A DNA stretch of 64,000 nt from Dicyema japonicum (GCA_011109175.1 RDEW01000057.1:117904-181903), one strand, 5' to 3'; shown: positions 26,245-39,690, numbered from the stretch's first letter. The notes: a model not told the origin generated them from the sequence alone. Numbers and translations: made by a program.

Positions 26245-26716
26245 ATGAAAATATTTACAACGCCCTTCATCGTCAAATTTGAAGAATCTCCTGTACAATT
26301 CCAAATAAAATTGACTGAATTGACAGCCAATTTACAGTTGAAGGCTTTATTTAACAACACTTCTCTTATCAAATTTTACCAATCTCTACCCAAAGGAAAA
26401 TTTAAGAATCTTGTGAATAATGCATACATAAATATTTCAATGTTCGGATCAACTTATGTATGTGAATCCATTTTTTGCAAAATGGTTCAAATAAAAAACA
26501 AATACCGCAATAAACTGACAGATATGCATCTAAGTCAGTTGTTAGGGACCTCGACATCTTCCATTGTACCAGTTTTTAAAGAGCTAATTGATTAATGGTT
26601 TATAAATTTACTTTTGCTTTATTTTTATATTAATTAAGTTTTAAAAAAATTGGCGGCCTTTACAAATAAAATAATTTATTGATTTGTCCCCTGGGTCAAA
26701 TTCTTGAGAACCACTG
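26245..26716 (+). mobile_element. hAT transposase 3' fragment with terminal repeat
   Basis: SMFGSTYVCESIFCKMVQIKNKYRNKLTDMHL dimerization-domain motif; ends ttgagaaccactg (reverse complement CAGTGGTTCTCAA, Charlie-type TIR). Confidence 0.8.
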
Positions 26717-26849
26717 GTCAATATCATCAAATTCATAAAGTTAATATTAATTAGTCCAATATAATAGTTAGGGAAATTGCATATTCATTTATTGCACGAA
26801 ATAAGTTTGCATAATTTAACATAGTTTTTGAAAGCATGGTTATTCTACT

Positions 26850-28030
26850 CTTAATATTTTCAAGTATGGACTCCATAACTTTGCTTTTAAGAACATTACT
26901 TCCCTCTCTTCAAAAACACCCAAATGTCGATATCCACTGACTCCTTCCAGAGTCTCACAACATGATAACGATTTAACATTAGAGACTGACTTTTTTGAAT
27001 TCATCTCCAAGCCGGCAACATAAAGAACTCGCGAACAACTTCCATCATTTTAATAACAGTATCTTCTTTTAGCCCAAATATCTTTAGATTATCAATGAAT
27101 AACAAATGATTGGTAGAATAAGTCAGAGTATTAGGATCCTCCTGATTAATTTGGAGTCTTGGGGACATAAAGTTAAGGGTCTTGCTTTAGGGTTCCATTA
27201 CCAGAATCTCCTTGCAGAATTCCACGTCCCAGCTTTACAGAACCAATTCGTCTTCCATCTAAGTGGAGATTTACTTCTTTACTGATCTTTACAAAGTTAA
27301 CAATCCAACGGGGTATTCCTGAACAGTCCAATACATGAAATAAAAATTCATGGTCAACAGAATCAAAAGCCTTCTTCACATGAACCCAAGCAGAATAAAG
27401 GGCGTTTCCATACTCCTTATTTAAGCATTGATTAATAAGGGCCTGTTCCTTAGCGCCCTGACAATGTTTCCTCGTTCCCAGCTGATTGTCAGATAATAGA
27501 CCAAACGAATCCACACTTTTTCCCAGAACGACATACAATCCTAATCATCAAAACCATCTCCATTGCTTGCTGATAGGTTCCGATAAAATCTTCTTCGATT
27601 TAATTCAAAACAACAGTTGTCTTTACGAAAGTTCTTCCTCGAATAATGTACAGCTATTTCTTCTTAATTCTACAAGGTCACATAGTAGAGCCTCAATCTG
27701 GCAACCTCCCCCTTTTATGGCCCTTTTGTATCCATAGGCACAAATAACATCCATAACCTTTTGTTTTTTAAACACAGGGAGAGCCTATCTGGAAAAACGA
27801 TTGACAAGTTTTAGTTCTGCCGTCAGCTTTTAGATTTTTTCTCAATGTTCTCCAACCAGCTACTTTGCGGTTTAACCTTCGCAATTAAAGCCATATAAGC
27901 ACACTGTGAAGCATATAGAATATCAGTAATTTGATTGATATCTTGAGGCGGATTATCTTTCGTAATATAATATATTGCATAATTTAGTCCCGACAAAACA
28001 TTAACTCTGACATACTTTCTCATAATTTTG
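26850..28030 (-). mobile_element. R2/NeSL-like non-LTR RT fragment
   Basis: NQLGTRKHCQGAKEQALIN, AWVHVKKAFDSVDHEFL, RGILQGDS. Confidence 0.75.
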
Positions 28031-28064
28031 GGTGTTGGTTTTTGAGTATCCCTTGGAATTGACT

Positions 28065-29400
28065 TTTTTTACCCCAAGATCACCGGATTAGAAAAAGTTA
28101 AAAGTTAACTACTAAGTTTTCCGGGTTCTGGCTCTCGTTCGGGGTCCTCGAAGATCCAACAGAATTGGTAGAAACGGGGACGGTCTCATTCTCTATAGAT
28201 TCCCCTCATTTTCTAGATAGTCAGATATAGAGAGTGAAAGAGGACAGCCGGTTTTCATTGCCCACTATAGAAATGACTTCACTCTCCACCTTAGGTGTTC
28301 TTTAACATTCAATACGTTATTCACAGTTTTCTTATTTATTATTTTCAAGGCAGCAAGTTGTGCGGCTTCTAATTTTTGAGACGACGATTCAGAAATCATC
28401 GAGCTCCAGGAAGGACATGCGTATTCGATTACTGCCAGTATATATTGTTTGTAAATTTTCTGTAGTAAGCCCAATTGGTGATCGGGACAAAATTTTTAAT
28501 ATGTTGGTCCTCCTCCTGACCTTGGTAATAAAGTCATTGACGTGTTGGCCGAATGTCAGGAGAGTATCCAACTTTAATCCTGTTCCAACATACTAATATA
28601 ACTTTGAAGTTTCATCCCTGCCTTCTCATAGTTAGAGTCTCTCGTCGCAAGAACAATGTCATCTGCGTATGAGAGTATCAATGTATCGGGATCGTCATTG
28701 GTGTACAGGTTGAAGAGCAGGGGAGAGAGAGGTGAACCTTGAGGGACACCATTCGGCAATAAACGGGATTTAGATTTTCTGTTGTCGACATCACTTGTCC
28801 TCTTCTTCCATTTAGAAAATTCGACAGCCATTTGTTTGGATTTACAAGAGTGTCAGAAATTATCTATATAAGTAGCGTCCGGGATACGGAGTCGAATGCT
28901 TTCTTCAAGTCTATTGAAGCCATTACGGTTTTTATGGGGTTTTGGATAGGAGAATCCATCAGATATATATTGAGTTAATTTTGTTAGGTGAGTCGTAATA
29001 GAATGATTTTCACTGAATCCATGCAGGAATACTCCATTTGGTACAATATCTTTGATTCGTGTTAATATTATTTTTCCCATAATTCGGGACAACGCACATA
29101 GTATTGCAGTTGGACGATATTGGAATTGACTTAATTTTCTCAATTTGAACTTTTAGTTTTTCTAGGCAATTTCTGAAGGTGGAAATTCCACATTAGTATT
29201 ATTTTGCCCTTTGAAACATTCGCCTCCATTTTTTTCATTGTTATTCCGATTTTCAGGTTTCAGCATCTTTTTTAGCTGCCATAGGCTGGAACACTTATTA
29301 CTTTTCATTGTACTTTTTAAGTACGAGGTTCCAGCCACCTCTAGGTATCCTTCCGAATCTTTGCTTCGTGGCAAGAAAAATCTGAGATACCAACTCAACT
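28065..29400 (-). mobile_element. Jockey/I-like LINE RT fragment
   Basis: YRPTAILCALSRIMGKII, NGVPQGSPLSPLLFNLY, ILSYADD, IYKQYILAVIEYACPSW. Confidence 0.85.
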
Positions 29401-29419
29401 TCAGAGACACAATGGACAA

Positions 29420-29985
29420 CTTCGATGATGGCAGATAAAGAATGCAAGTTTGTTTTGGCAGACACTTCTGAGTTGGATATAAAATTGATATCGAACATGA
29501 AAAAAAGAAGGTTTAGTGAATCAAATTCGATTAAAGAGTCTTCATTCCGTTATTTATAAGAATTTGTTGAAGGATTATGTGAAGATAGAGGATTCCTCTC
29601 ATTGGCTTCTAAAAGGGAATAACTCCCCGAGGTCGGAAGTTTTATTCTGCCTTATTAAAGATAGGAATCTGTTTTTTGGAGAACAAAATGCAATGTGCAC
29701 CGTTGTAAAAAATGGTAGACCGTGGATCATTGTGCCACAAGGTGTGAGAAGATGTTGCATGGGGATTATGTAAGAAGACATAACAATGTCGTGAGGTGTC
29801 TACATTTCCACTTTTGCAGAGAGTTTGGTCTCAAAAACGAGAAGTAACTGAAGACTCATTCAGTAGAATCCATTGTAATGACTCAGTTGAAATCAGAGTT
29901 GACACCTGTATAAAAGCGGACATAATTATTGAGCATAACAAGCCAGACCAGTTCGTTTTTGATAAAAGAACCACATTATCTTGAT
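29420..29985 (+). mobile_element. R2/NeSL-like C-terminal zinc-knuckle and REL endonuclease fragment
   Basis: HWLLKGNN..SE..FCLIKDRNL, Cys/His cluster, IIEHNKPDQFVFDK. Confidence 0.65.
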
Positions 29986-29989
29986 CGAA

Positions 29990-30370
29990 GTGGGAGTAAC
30001 CTCTTCCCAAAATCTACAGCAGGTGGAATGCGAAAAGCTAAGGAAATATGACTTCCTTCCAAAAAGCTGGAGTTGATACACCACGCAGAGGTCAAGATTG
30101 TCCCGATTGTACTCATATGGGATGGCCTAGTGACTTCACATTCGTGGAAGTATGAATATAAGTGAAAGAACGTATGCATATGTTCAATCGCTCATCCGGA
30201 ATCAGCATAAAAGGAAAAAGACGTCCATTACTTGCAGTTGTGGAAAACCCTCTAGTGGAGGAGAGCAAATGATCATTTTTGTGCCGGCAATCACACTCTA
30301 GTAGGAAAGGAAAAAGGAGGAACAAACAAAACAATCATAAACTTCAAATTAGGGACGTAGCACCACGTAA
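29990..30370 (-). repeat. SINE-like family 2 copy
   Basis: Shares ctactagagtg...gccggcacaaaaa..gatcatttgct...gcaagtaatg.acgtctttttccttttatgctgattccg with 57020-57200, and more distantly with 55130-55525. Confidence 0.6.
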
Positions 30371-30468
30371 TATAGCGCATGTAAAATAATAAACTATTCT
30401 AATAAATTTATTGAAAAACTAAAGTCAAATTAACTAATATCCCTTGCTCTAAAACTAAAAACCAATAA

Positions 30469-32867
30469 CTACTGTCTCTTAGATTTGGAATGCTCACTAT
30501 ACAGGCCATGTTTACAAGAACTACTCATTCTCTGTAAAATCGAATTATAAAAGCTGTGAGTATCGTCATAATTGCTCATCTAAATATTACAACCATTAAT
30601 TACTGATATTTTAAACATCCCCAATGACCCATCAGCCTTAGAAGCAGTCATTATCACTGTGTTACCAGTCGACCTCACAATAGTCGACTCCTCAATCACG
30701 TGGTCTATCAATACATGACTATTTGTATCAGAGACAACTACAATACAACCACCAGTCTCACCCAATCTCGAATAGTCCGTCTCATCAACGAAATAGCAGA
30801 TACACTTAACACCATGACTGTACTTCTTGGCGTGGACATTCAGCTCAAAAAGGGTCCCCTTCATTCCACAATCATTACTCAGATGACTTGAAATGTCCAT
30901 TTTGAAAGGCTCAGAACTCCCCTTCATATTTCCTGAGAACTCAGTTTCTTCATGACTTTTTGTAAAAGCACACGTCTTCGGACTCGATACGCTACAAATG
31001 TTGACAAAAAGTCCATCAGTAATCTCCTTTGACGACTCCTCAAATGGGATTTCACTCTCAGACTTGGATAAAAACCCAAGGGAGTTCGACACATCATTTG
31101 TTTTAATCTCAGACACGTGGTTATCATCCACTTTATCCACATTTGAACCAATAGTAGTATCATTTAGCGTACAAGTGGTCTCAACGTCCACATTAATATC
31201 ATTTCCACGTGTGTTAGGATGAGAATCCCCTGATTGATCATTAAGGTTATCTCCAGCAGAATAGAATGCGTCCATGGAGTGACTGTCTTCGGTGATAGAA
31301 TTCATATCAGAGGACATAACTTCCGCACTGTCAGGGGCACTGGAGTCCTCAGTTTTATAAGGGATATCAGCATGTTCTGAATCACTGGAGATTACAATAA
31401 CTTCAGGTTCCTCTGAACTTTCATCCTCTACTTTAGTTCCTTCCTCAGAATAATCCATTTGACTTTCCCAGTCGTCCTGAGATTCCAAATCAAAACCCTC
31501 CTCATTCTCAGAGTCTCCCAACTCATCTACCTCTTCTTCCTCATCACATTCTTTAAGCTCTTCTTCACTCTCTCGAGGATTTATCTCCACATCATCAAAT
31601 TCGTTGAGTTCTTCATCACTCTCTCCAAGATCGTCTTCTATCTCAATTTCCTCTTCATCACATTCTTTTAGCTCTTCCTCCACATCACTCTCTCGGGACT
31701 CTTCTTCTATCTCCACTCCATCACAATCTATAATTTCTTCTTCATCAGTCTCTATAGGCTCATCATCCCATTCTTTAAGCTCTTCTTCAATTTCTTCTTC
31801 TCCATCACTAAGTTGAGGCCTACCATCCTCATCGTTACTGTCTTTAAACTCATCTTCAATCTCCTCTCCATTGCTCTCTTTAGACACATCCTCAATCTCC
31901 TCTCCAATACTCTCTTTATGAACATCTTCAGTTTCATCATTACTTCCATCATCTATTATATTCTCAAAATCACCCCCCACATTATCTAAACAACCATTAA
32001 TCTACCAATAACAAATAAATATACATTAAATGATCCAACAGAGGGAGCCCTCATAATCCTTTCACTAACAGCACTTCTCAACCTCTCTGCCAGACTAACC
32101 TGCAATAATCGAAAAAGTAACCTTAATGTAATGGAATATCAGTACTCCGAGGTTATTCAGAGTGGAGACCACCACTCCTCCACTATTCTTACTCCACACT
32201 TGCAATTCTCTCCAAATAACAGAGTCAGCGAGTAGTCGGCCATTCAGCGTAGATCGGATAACTATTCGAGAGCACTCTTTGATGGAATGTCGGTAAGATC
32301 AAAGTGACAGGGACCGCACTCCTTGAATTTGTTAGATTCCTTCTCCAACTCCCACACATTACACTGAAACTGACAATTCACATAAATAAATACAGAAAGA
32401 ACTGATATCTCCTCCGTGGGCTCATTCTCGGTGGAATCAATCGATTCTGGAAATGTACTATCAGCTTTTGATAGGAAATCTGTCTGCACGTGGGTATTTT
32501 GATCCAAACTCGGTTGATCCTCTTGAGATTGCTGTTGATTGTCGAGGAATGAGCTTCCACCACAGAAAATAAGTTTTCCGTTTTCTGATTCTTCAAAGAG
32601 GTTAAGGCTGAAGTCTTCTTTAACTGAGCGTGCAAGGTCATCTTCGATGTCAGAATTAAGAATACCTGTGGGTTTCTGGATTATTGGATTGTTTTGGGGC
32701 TCGGTTTCTAGACCAAAACTAAACCCAGCAAGAGAAAAGTTCTCCATTAAAGGTCTCTGTTGGTTTGGGTCTTCTGTTTTTTGTTTTTTAGACAAAGGTT
32801 CAGAGTCCAAGATAAAATCATCAATATTTGATTCGTTTGGTAGGTTATTTTCAAGGTTATTGTTCAT
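30469..32867 (-). CDS. Acidic protein with two diverged RanBD/EVH1-like (PH-fold) domains
   Basis: ATG at 32867. Domain 1: FQCNVWELEKESNKFKECG..RIVIRSTLNGRLLADSVI, needing one +1 base near 32278-32280. E/D-rich linker. Domain 2: GTLFELNV..CIVVVSDTNSHVLIDHVI..FKIS|MSNYDDTHSFYNSI. Introns of 20-24 nt; TAG at 30469-30471. Confidence 0.65.
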
Positions 32868-33089
32868 GATAATTAAACACACAACAAGAAGGAAGAAAAA
32901 CAATATTTTAAATAGAAATAATTTATTATAATTTAATAACTTATTAAATAAATATATTTAATTTAAAACAAAATTTAATAATTTAAAAAATATTATTTTA
33001 CATTTTAATATAATAAAACTTTTTATTAAGGAAAGATATTTTGGTTGAGATGGTGACGAGCCTCTCTTGCACCTATGTCTGCAAAGGAA

Positions 33090-35040
33090 TTAGAACAATT
33101 TAATGACCTGACTATCCTAACCTTCAATGTCAGAGGCCTGAATAACGTGGCTAAGAGGCAGCTTCTATGTTCGGATGTTGAGAAATACCGGGGTTCTGTA
33201 TACTGCCTGCAGGAGACTAAAATAAAAAATGGACTCGATTAAACACATGCAAATTAAAGGTTACTACGGACAGGAAACAAATCTTGAAGTCTAGAAGAAG
33301 ATCCACCCAGAAAACCATAAAGATTTTGAATAAGAAGCACGCCACTAACCTCTTGATCTAAGAGCTGCAGAAGTTGAACATTTAAAAGACTCATCAAAAA
33401 TATTCACTGCAATCCGTCTGCTCAACAAAGAAAACAAAAACAAGCTCAAACTCCATGACGGAAATGGAAGATTCTTAACAAATCCCAAAGATCAGGCTGA
33501 ATATATTGCGTCGTATTTCGAGGATATATTAGCCGTCCGCGGAGAAATATCTGATCATACTTGTGGATACGCCACCCAACTTGATAAAGCTATCACACCT
33601 GGCGAAATCTCAAATGCAATGGTCAATCTTAAGAATGGTCGCTCCCCTGGACCGAATGGAATCAATTCAGAACTTGTCAAATATGGGCCACCTGCACTAA
33701 CAGACAAGTTGGCAAAACTACTCAACTCTATGTTTATAAAAAGAATACCCAGCTCTTGGATCCGGACTATTAATACCAATACAAAAACCTAACAAGCATG
33801 CTGGGCCTGTTGAAAACCTACTTCCAATAATCCTGCTAAACACCTTACGGAAACGTCTGGGATTAGTTACGTAGAACCAAATCAGAGAACAAGTAGACAA
33901 CTATCTATCCCTTAGTCACAGTGAATTCAGGACAGGAAGATCCACTGCAGATGTAGTATGGAGCCACAAGTGGCGCTGCGCTATCAACCAGAGATTTGAA
34001 AGTGCAACAATAGTCCTGGGAATAGACCTTTCTAGGGCATTTGACACGGTCCGTCGTGGTCTACTTCATAAGATACTGAAACAATTCTTGGACTCAGATT
34101 CTGTCAATATGATCAGAGTGTTGCTATCTAACACAAAGCTCAGAGTGCGGATCGGTAAGACGTTATCCCGTGAAAGTTGGTACTCCCCCTACTATTTGTC
34201 ATATATCTGGAGGCGGCATTACGAGATCTTCGGAAATTGTATGATGGCAACATCGTCGAAATTGCCTATGCGGACGACGTCGACTTTGTGTCAGAAGACA
34301 AATCGGCCCTACTTCGACTCTCGAGCTGGCCCCTGCTGAGCTGAGCCGATGGTTCCTTGGAATGAACATCGCAAAAACTGACATTGTGGAAATCAGAGAA
34401 TGGAAAGCAGATCAAGTGAAACATGGCGAAAAACAAACAAACTTGGCTCTTACATGTAGACAGTAAAGATATTGCCAGAAGGAAAGTCCTCGCTTGGGTA
34501 ACGATGAACAAGTTGAAAAAAGAGTGGATTGGCAAACGACGATTGCACATCACTTCGTCTGAGACTGTATGAAGCCTTTGTCAAGCCGATCCTAATGTAC
34601 AATTCATCGACCTGGGGAACGTCAAAAACCGAACAACTTGGACTAGACTTTTTCCATCGAAGACAACTTTGATCCCTACTAGGACTGAACTGGCCAGCAA
34701 GAATAAAAAAGGAATCGCTGTACAAGAGATGTTGCACGGGTCCACTGAGTCTCGAAATTGCTATATGCGCTGGAAACTATTTGGACATATCTTTCATATG
34801 GACTTGGGCGCTCCATCAAACATATCAATGGAGGACTACTCTATGAGAAAGGACCGTGCTTTTGTGGACGCCGGCGTATTACACTACCTGAAACACTTGA
34901 CGGAGATCTAAAGCTCGTGAACAAACGTCTAAGAAGTGGGTACGACCTGGACGAGTTGAGGAAACTCTCCTACGATCGAGGAGGTTGGAAGAAGTTGGTT
35001 CAGAGAATTGTTTTGAATGCTGCACGAGTGAAATTATAAC
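33090..35040 (+). mobile_element. RTE-like LINE (APE endonuclease plus RT), decayed
   Basis: LTFNVRGLN..YCLQETK, NGRSPGPNGI, GIDLSRAFDTV, AYADDVDFV, YEAFVKPILMYNSSTW. Confidence 0.9.
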
Positions 35041-35044
35041 TATT

Positions 35045-35668
35045 ATGATTTTACGAATGTTGCTTAGGAGGATTGGAATCGGACAAAGGCTGGGACTAGA
35101 CGTTTGCCAGGAACACCGATGCCGATGCGGGAAAACAGTCGATGCGAAAGGATTGCACCCGCTGTCCTGCAGAAGAAGCGCCGGAAGGGGACCACGTCAT
35201 GATGCTCTGAATGATGTGATCGTCAGAGCTCTGAAGGCTTCAGGCTTCCCAGCACAGCTTGAACCAGTGGGTCTTGATAGAGGAGATGGGTAGAGACCTG
35301 ACGGGATGACCCTTTTCCCCTTCACGTCTGGAAGATCTTTGGTCTGGGACGCAACTTGCATAGACACGTTCTCAAGCACGAACATTTTTAAATCTGTTCA
35401 GACACCTGGAGCAGCTGCTTCGACTGCGGAAAACCTAAAAATCAAGAAATATTCTTGCCTCGGGGATCGCTACCGATTTACTCCTGTTGCGACCGAATCA
35501 TCGGGAGCCGTTGGTCCAATGACGGCTGAATTCTTGCAAGAACTCGGAGGATTGCTTGCCAGAAAGAAAAGGGATCAACGAGAAGGGTTATGGCTAAGAC
35601 AAAAGATAGGAATAGCCATACTCCGAGGGAACTCGTTCGCAATCCACGCAGCAGGCTTCCTCAACTGA
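35045..35668 (+). mobile_element. CRE-clade non-LTR retrotransposon 3' end (CCHC plus REL endonuclease)
   Basis: [68 protein letters not shown] single premature TAG; A/T-rich tail follows. Confidence 0.85.
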
Positions 35669-35749
35669 CATTTGTTTAATTGTTAAAAAAATTTTTGTTT
35701 AAAAAAAAAATTACTTTTTAAAAAAAAATAATAATAAGGAAAAAAATGA

Positions 35750-35815
35750 GAGTAAACGGTTATATAGCGGCTGCCCTGCCACGCAGTCAGGGTTCGAGCA
35801 TGGAGGGGTGTCCAG
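35750..35815 (+). pseudogene. Degenerate tRNA-Gly(GCC)-like fragment or SINE head
   Basis: gctgc-cctgccac-gcagt anticodon-like hairpin and B box GGTTCGAG; the acceptor stem does not close. Confidence 0.3.
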
Positions 35816-36518
35816 CGGCGTTTTAATATAATCGAAAGCTTTTTTGTTTCAGCAAATCCTTCTGACTGATTTCTATGAGTGTCTGCTTTTTAATTAATTT
35901 AATTTATAAATCTCGGATACATCGCAAAGATGTACTGATTATGGACCCAGAAAATCTACTGAAAAAATTAGAGATTACGGAGGAGAGGATTTGTCTCTCA
36001 TCATCATATAGCTAGCTATTGATTAAACCAGTGGGGAGTAACTCAAGGAAAGACTCCAGGACTTCCAAGACAGAATCCATGGTATTTCAACTGTCCTTCG
36101 TGTCAATAAACAGTAATTCATTGTTAACTAATCGTGTGATTCCTACGGTTGTATACCAGAGACTTTTATTATCATCCACAAGGTCCACTTTTTGCGGTTG
36201 TGAATGTTAAAGCGAATGAACCTTTTGTGCCAATCTGGTAATCAATGGTGTAATTTAAAGATGTTTCATGGGGGATGTGTGTTGGACTCGTTTGTAGTTA
36301 TTTGGCCGGAAATGGGGCTGACATACCTCTACTGTGGTAAACATCTACTTAATGACTGAGGCAACCCCTCCTCATCTACATAGACAAAATTTTGACGCAT
36401 GAAACAGGTGGTTCGGAAGTAAGGGGTTTTACTTCCGTGAACTGGGGGAACTAATTATTTCCAACTTTTAGAGGAACAATATGCTATATATTAAAAACGG
36501 CGATAACAAGTTCTTTAA

Positions 36519-37228
36519 ATGGAGACTACAAGCATTTTCAGAGAACTAGAAGATAACCTTGTAGTAAATAGTTATCTATTAAAGTTGGCAAAAAAGAAGG
36601 AACACAAAAGCAGAGAGAAACATCGAAGAGATACGATATCCGACTCCATTGCTATTCTCGAGTCTGCACTGCCTTGTTATTGCGGAAATGTATGCCACCG
36701 TTGGAATCTTAGTTGACAAAAAACGATATTCTATGTAGTGCCAACGATTATGTCCTGGAATTGGAAGAGATTGAAATGGACTCTAAGGAAGAGATCAAGA
36801 GACTGAAGGGAGACATTCAATATCTACTAAATTTGGGTGGGAATGTCCATAATTTTAAGAAAACAGTGAAATTGATGAAGCAACTCAAGAGATGTGTGCG
36901 AATTTTGTTAGTCGATTTGATGAGTTTCCTTAATAATATTCACAGTAACTGTTATATAGCTTATAATATTGATTTTCAAAAAATACGGCCATGGTCCCAG
37001 CATCCCCCAATAATCTCCTCGTATTCGCTCAGTGTTTCTATCTTAAATATTTGATGACGCTGTGGCATGCTTGACATGAAAGGACAGCATCCTATGTCAT
37101 GACTGAGCGTCGAGAGATTCCCTAATTACAGCATGCTCAACTCGACCGTCATGATGGCTATTGAAGACGCCGGGTTTACTTGTCTTCTGGAATCCGTCGG
37201 ACTTGACAGAGGACGGATGACGAAATGA
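36519..37228 (+). CDS. bHLH-leucine zipper transcription factor (Max/MLX/Mondo superfamily)
   Basis: KKKEHKSREKHRRDTISDSIAILESALP|LTKNDILCSANDYVLEL..IKRL after removing the 23-nt intron gtatgccaccgttggaatcttag. H-x3-E-x2-RR basic motif. The 3' exons are uncertain, with a weak Mondo/MLX-like tail SMLNSTVMMAIEDAG. Confidence 0.7.
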
Positions 37229-37849
37229 CTAATGCCAAAGGAGGTGTCTTGCTTGGGACTCAACGTGCAAGGATACTTTCTCAAACGCGAATCGGCTCAA
37301 GTCATCGTTGTGCGCGGATTCCGCAGCGAGAACTGTTGAAGATACCAAATAGAGGAAATATCGTAGAATGGGGATGGTTCGCTTCCAACCAATCCCCGTT
37401 GAGACATCTGGTGTGCTTGGTTTCGAATTTATCAGGTTGATCAGGCGGCTTGTAGGACTGAAGAAATGAGAGTCTAGAATGAGACGATAGCTCTTCTAGA
37501 ACAAAGGGCTCGCAATCATGAGGGGTGACTTTCATTCCGTGTACAATACCTGCTGGCCATAACAGAGACCTTGTCCTGCAAAGTTGTCTATAGCTGCTTC
37601 ATGTACCCAATGGTATCCCCTCACTAATGTGGACTACTTATGAAGACCTAATGTCCTAAGAGTTCACACAATGTCTACTTTCGCAAACTTCAGATAATAT
37701 TAGGAACATTCTAGGGTTCCCATAATGGCGGGTACTTAAAGGAGATCCATCCCACTCCGACTTCAAGAACCGGTTAAAACCTTTTTAAGGCATATCCAAG
37801 GTTATTAATAAAAAGTAGTCGTCAATTATTGTTGTTGATTTATTTAAAA

Positions 37850-39400
37850 CCAAGAATCATCGACAAAATAAGAGAGTGGAGGTCGTCAGGTGATCCCAGC
37901 CTCTTTAAGCTTCCTCGGTGTTTTCCCGAGTGTTTCTCCCGAGAGCCGATATAATTCCTGTATTGATAAATCACTTTTTCGAAAATTTTGAGGTTTCACC
38001 GGGGCTCCCGTTTCTACTCACAAGTTCCTCAACGGAATTGGCTTTAGTGGCGAGGTGAACCTTTGTAGGGCTTTCGCTACTATTTTTTGGAAAGTTTATT
38101 TTCTTTAGGTTGGTATAGGATAGGTTAGTACCCACGCCACACAGCAGTAACCGGTTGATGGTAGTATCCAAGTAGCGTTTTACAAAATTTAGTTTTCTTT
38201 GGAAGAGGAGATAACGTTTCTTACATGTTTGCAGGTCATAAGAGGGTCATATTTTATCCCCAGTATTTTGATTGCGTTTGTGAAGGGATTGATATTATTG
38301 TTGTTAATTCTTTAATGTAAATTGTTTTAATTATAATTTAAAATTAAAAGTAACAGCAATTCATCCAAAGTGGTCCCCGCCGATATTTTTGACGTGGCGT
38401 TGCTCTCACAATTGCAACAGAGATCAACTGGAGAAGCCATCTTGTTGTTTATTAAATTTTCAATATGGAGACGCCATATAAACTATTATTATTATAACCC
38501 CGGGAACACAGGAAAAAGTTATCGTCTAATTAAGTGATCCCGGTGTCAGTGCGTCTTCCTTTGTTTCGACTTTATTTGCAATCTTTTATGATCGTCCAAA
38601 AGGGGGAAGTTTGATCTCAAATTTGCGAGCATACTTCTGGTAGGCAAGAAACTCATCTTCAAGGGGCTACCAGAAGATCGCACCATTTTCAAGAATTCTT
38701 GTTGTTCGTCACCGAGATGTTCCATAACTTTTTTGTCATCTAATGTGTTCCTCATTTTTGACGTAGGAGTCATTCTGTCACATTTAAGAAGGATCCGGAG
38801 GTATTGGTTTTGTATGACCTCTAATTTGTTCTGCGTGGATATTGACAAGGGTGTACGCCGTACATGCATCTTCCATTGTCGGTAGAATATACTGTTTGTA
38901 TAATAATTTGAGATGAGAAAGTGAAGATATTGGCGATCTAGCAAAGGTCTTGAGGATCCCCATCTTTTTTTGAACTCTTAAAATTATTGTGTCCACATGA
39001 TGTGTGAAAGTCATCAACAGGTCATATGTAACTCAAATGATTGATGGGTTCTTATTAACTGGGATACGCTCTCCATTCCAAGTTAATTTAGGATCGAAGG
39101 ATGTATGTTTCCTGTAGGATGAGATAATCGAAGTGCTCGACTTACCATGGGAGATTTTCATGTGGTTTTTGAGGAACCATGAGTTCGTAATGTCGAGGGT
39201 CTCCTGAACCCTTCGCGCAGCTTTTTTATGGTTTTGGTGTCTTGCTGCGACAATGAGATCGTCGGCATAAGACAGAAGGATAGTATTTTGGATTTGGAAG
39301 GTCTCTTGTAAATAAATTGAACAAGGTTGGTGATAAAGGGAATCCTTGAACGACCCCGTTGGGGAGGTATCGTTGTTTTGAATAAATTAAACAAGGTTGG
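37850..39400 (-). mobile_element. Stacked LINE 3' fragments (Jockey/CR1-like)
   Basis: MTFTHHVD..LKLLYKQYILPT; shared 3' UTR motif at about 37850 and 38490. Confidence 0.7.
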
Positions 39401-39419
39401 TGATGAACTATTTTAATTT

Positions 39420-39690
39420 TGTTATGTTATCCAGTTAAGTCGTGTCCGACCCTTGAAGATCTCATGAACAAGTTTCCTCCACGTCTTACACCGTGAATAA
39501 CCGCCGAGTCCTCGGTTGACCATGTCTTCTTTTCCCAGTAATATTGCTCAGCATAATGGTTCTTTCCAGGGAGTAAGAGCGGACAACACGCCCAAAGAAC
39601 GGCAATCTGTGTTTTACGATTCTTCCTTCTAGCGAAATGTCCGTCTCCACATTTGAGTACATCGGTGTTTATTACTTTGGAAGTCCAAAA
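39420..39690 (-). mobile_element. RTE (BovB-like) 3' terminal fragment
   Basis: EGRIVKHRLPFFGRV..SLERTIML..ITGKRRHGQPR..; ends gggtcggacacgacttaactg, like RTE-BovB termini. Confidence 0.65.

Noticed and set aside
37230-37800. Possible minus-strand gene convergent with the bHLH gene
   Set aside because: No recognisable motif or consistent exon chain.
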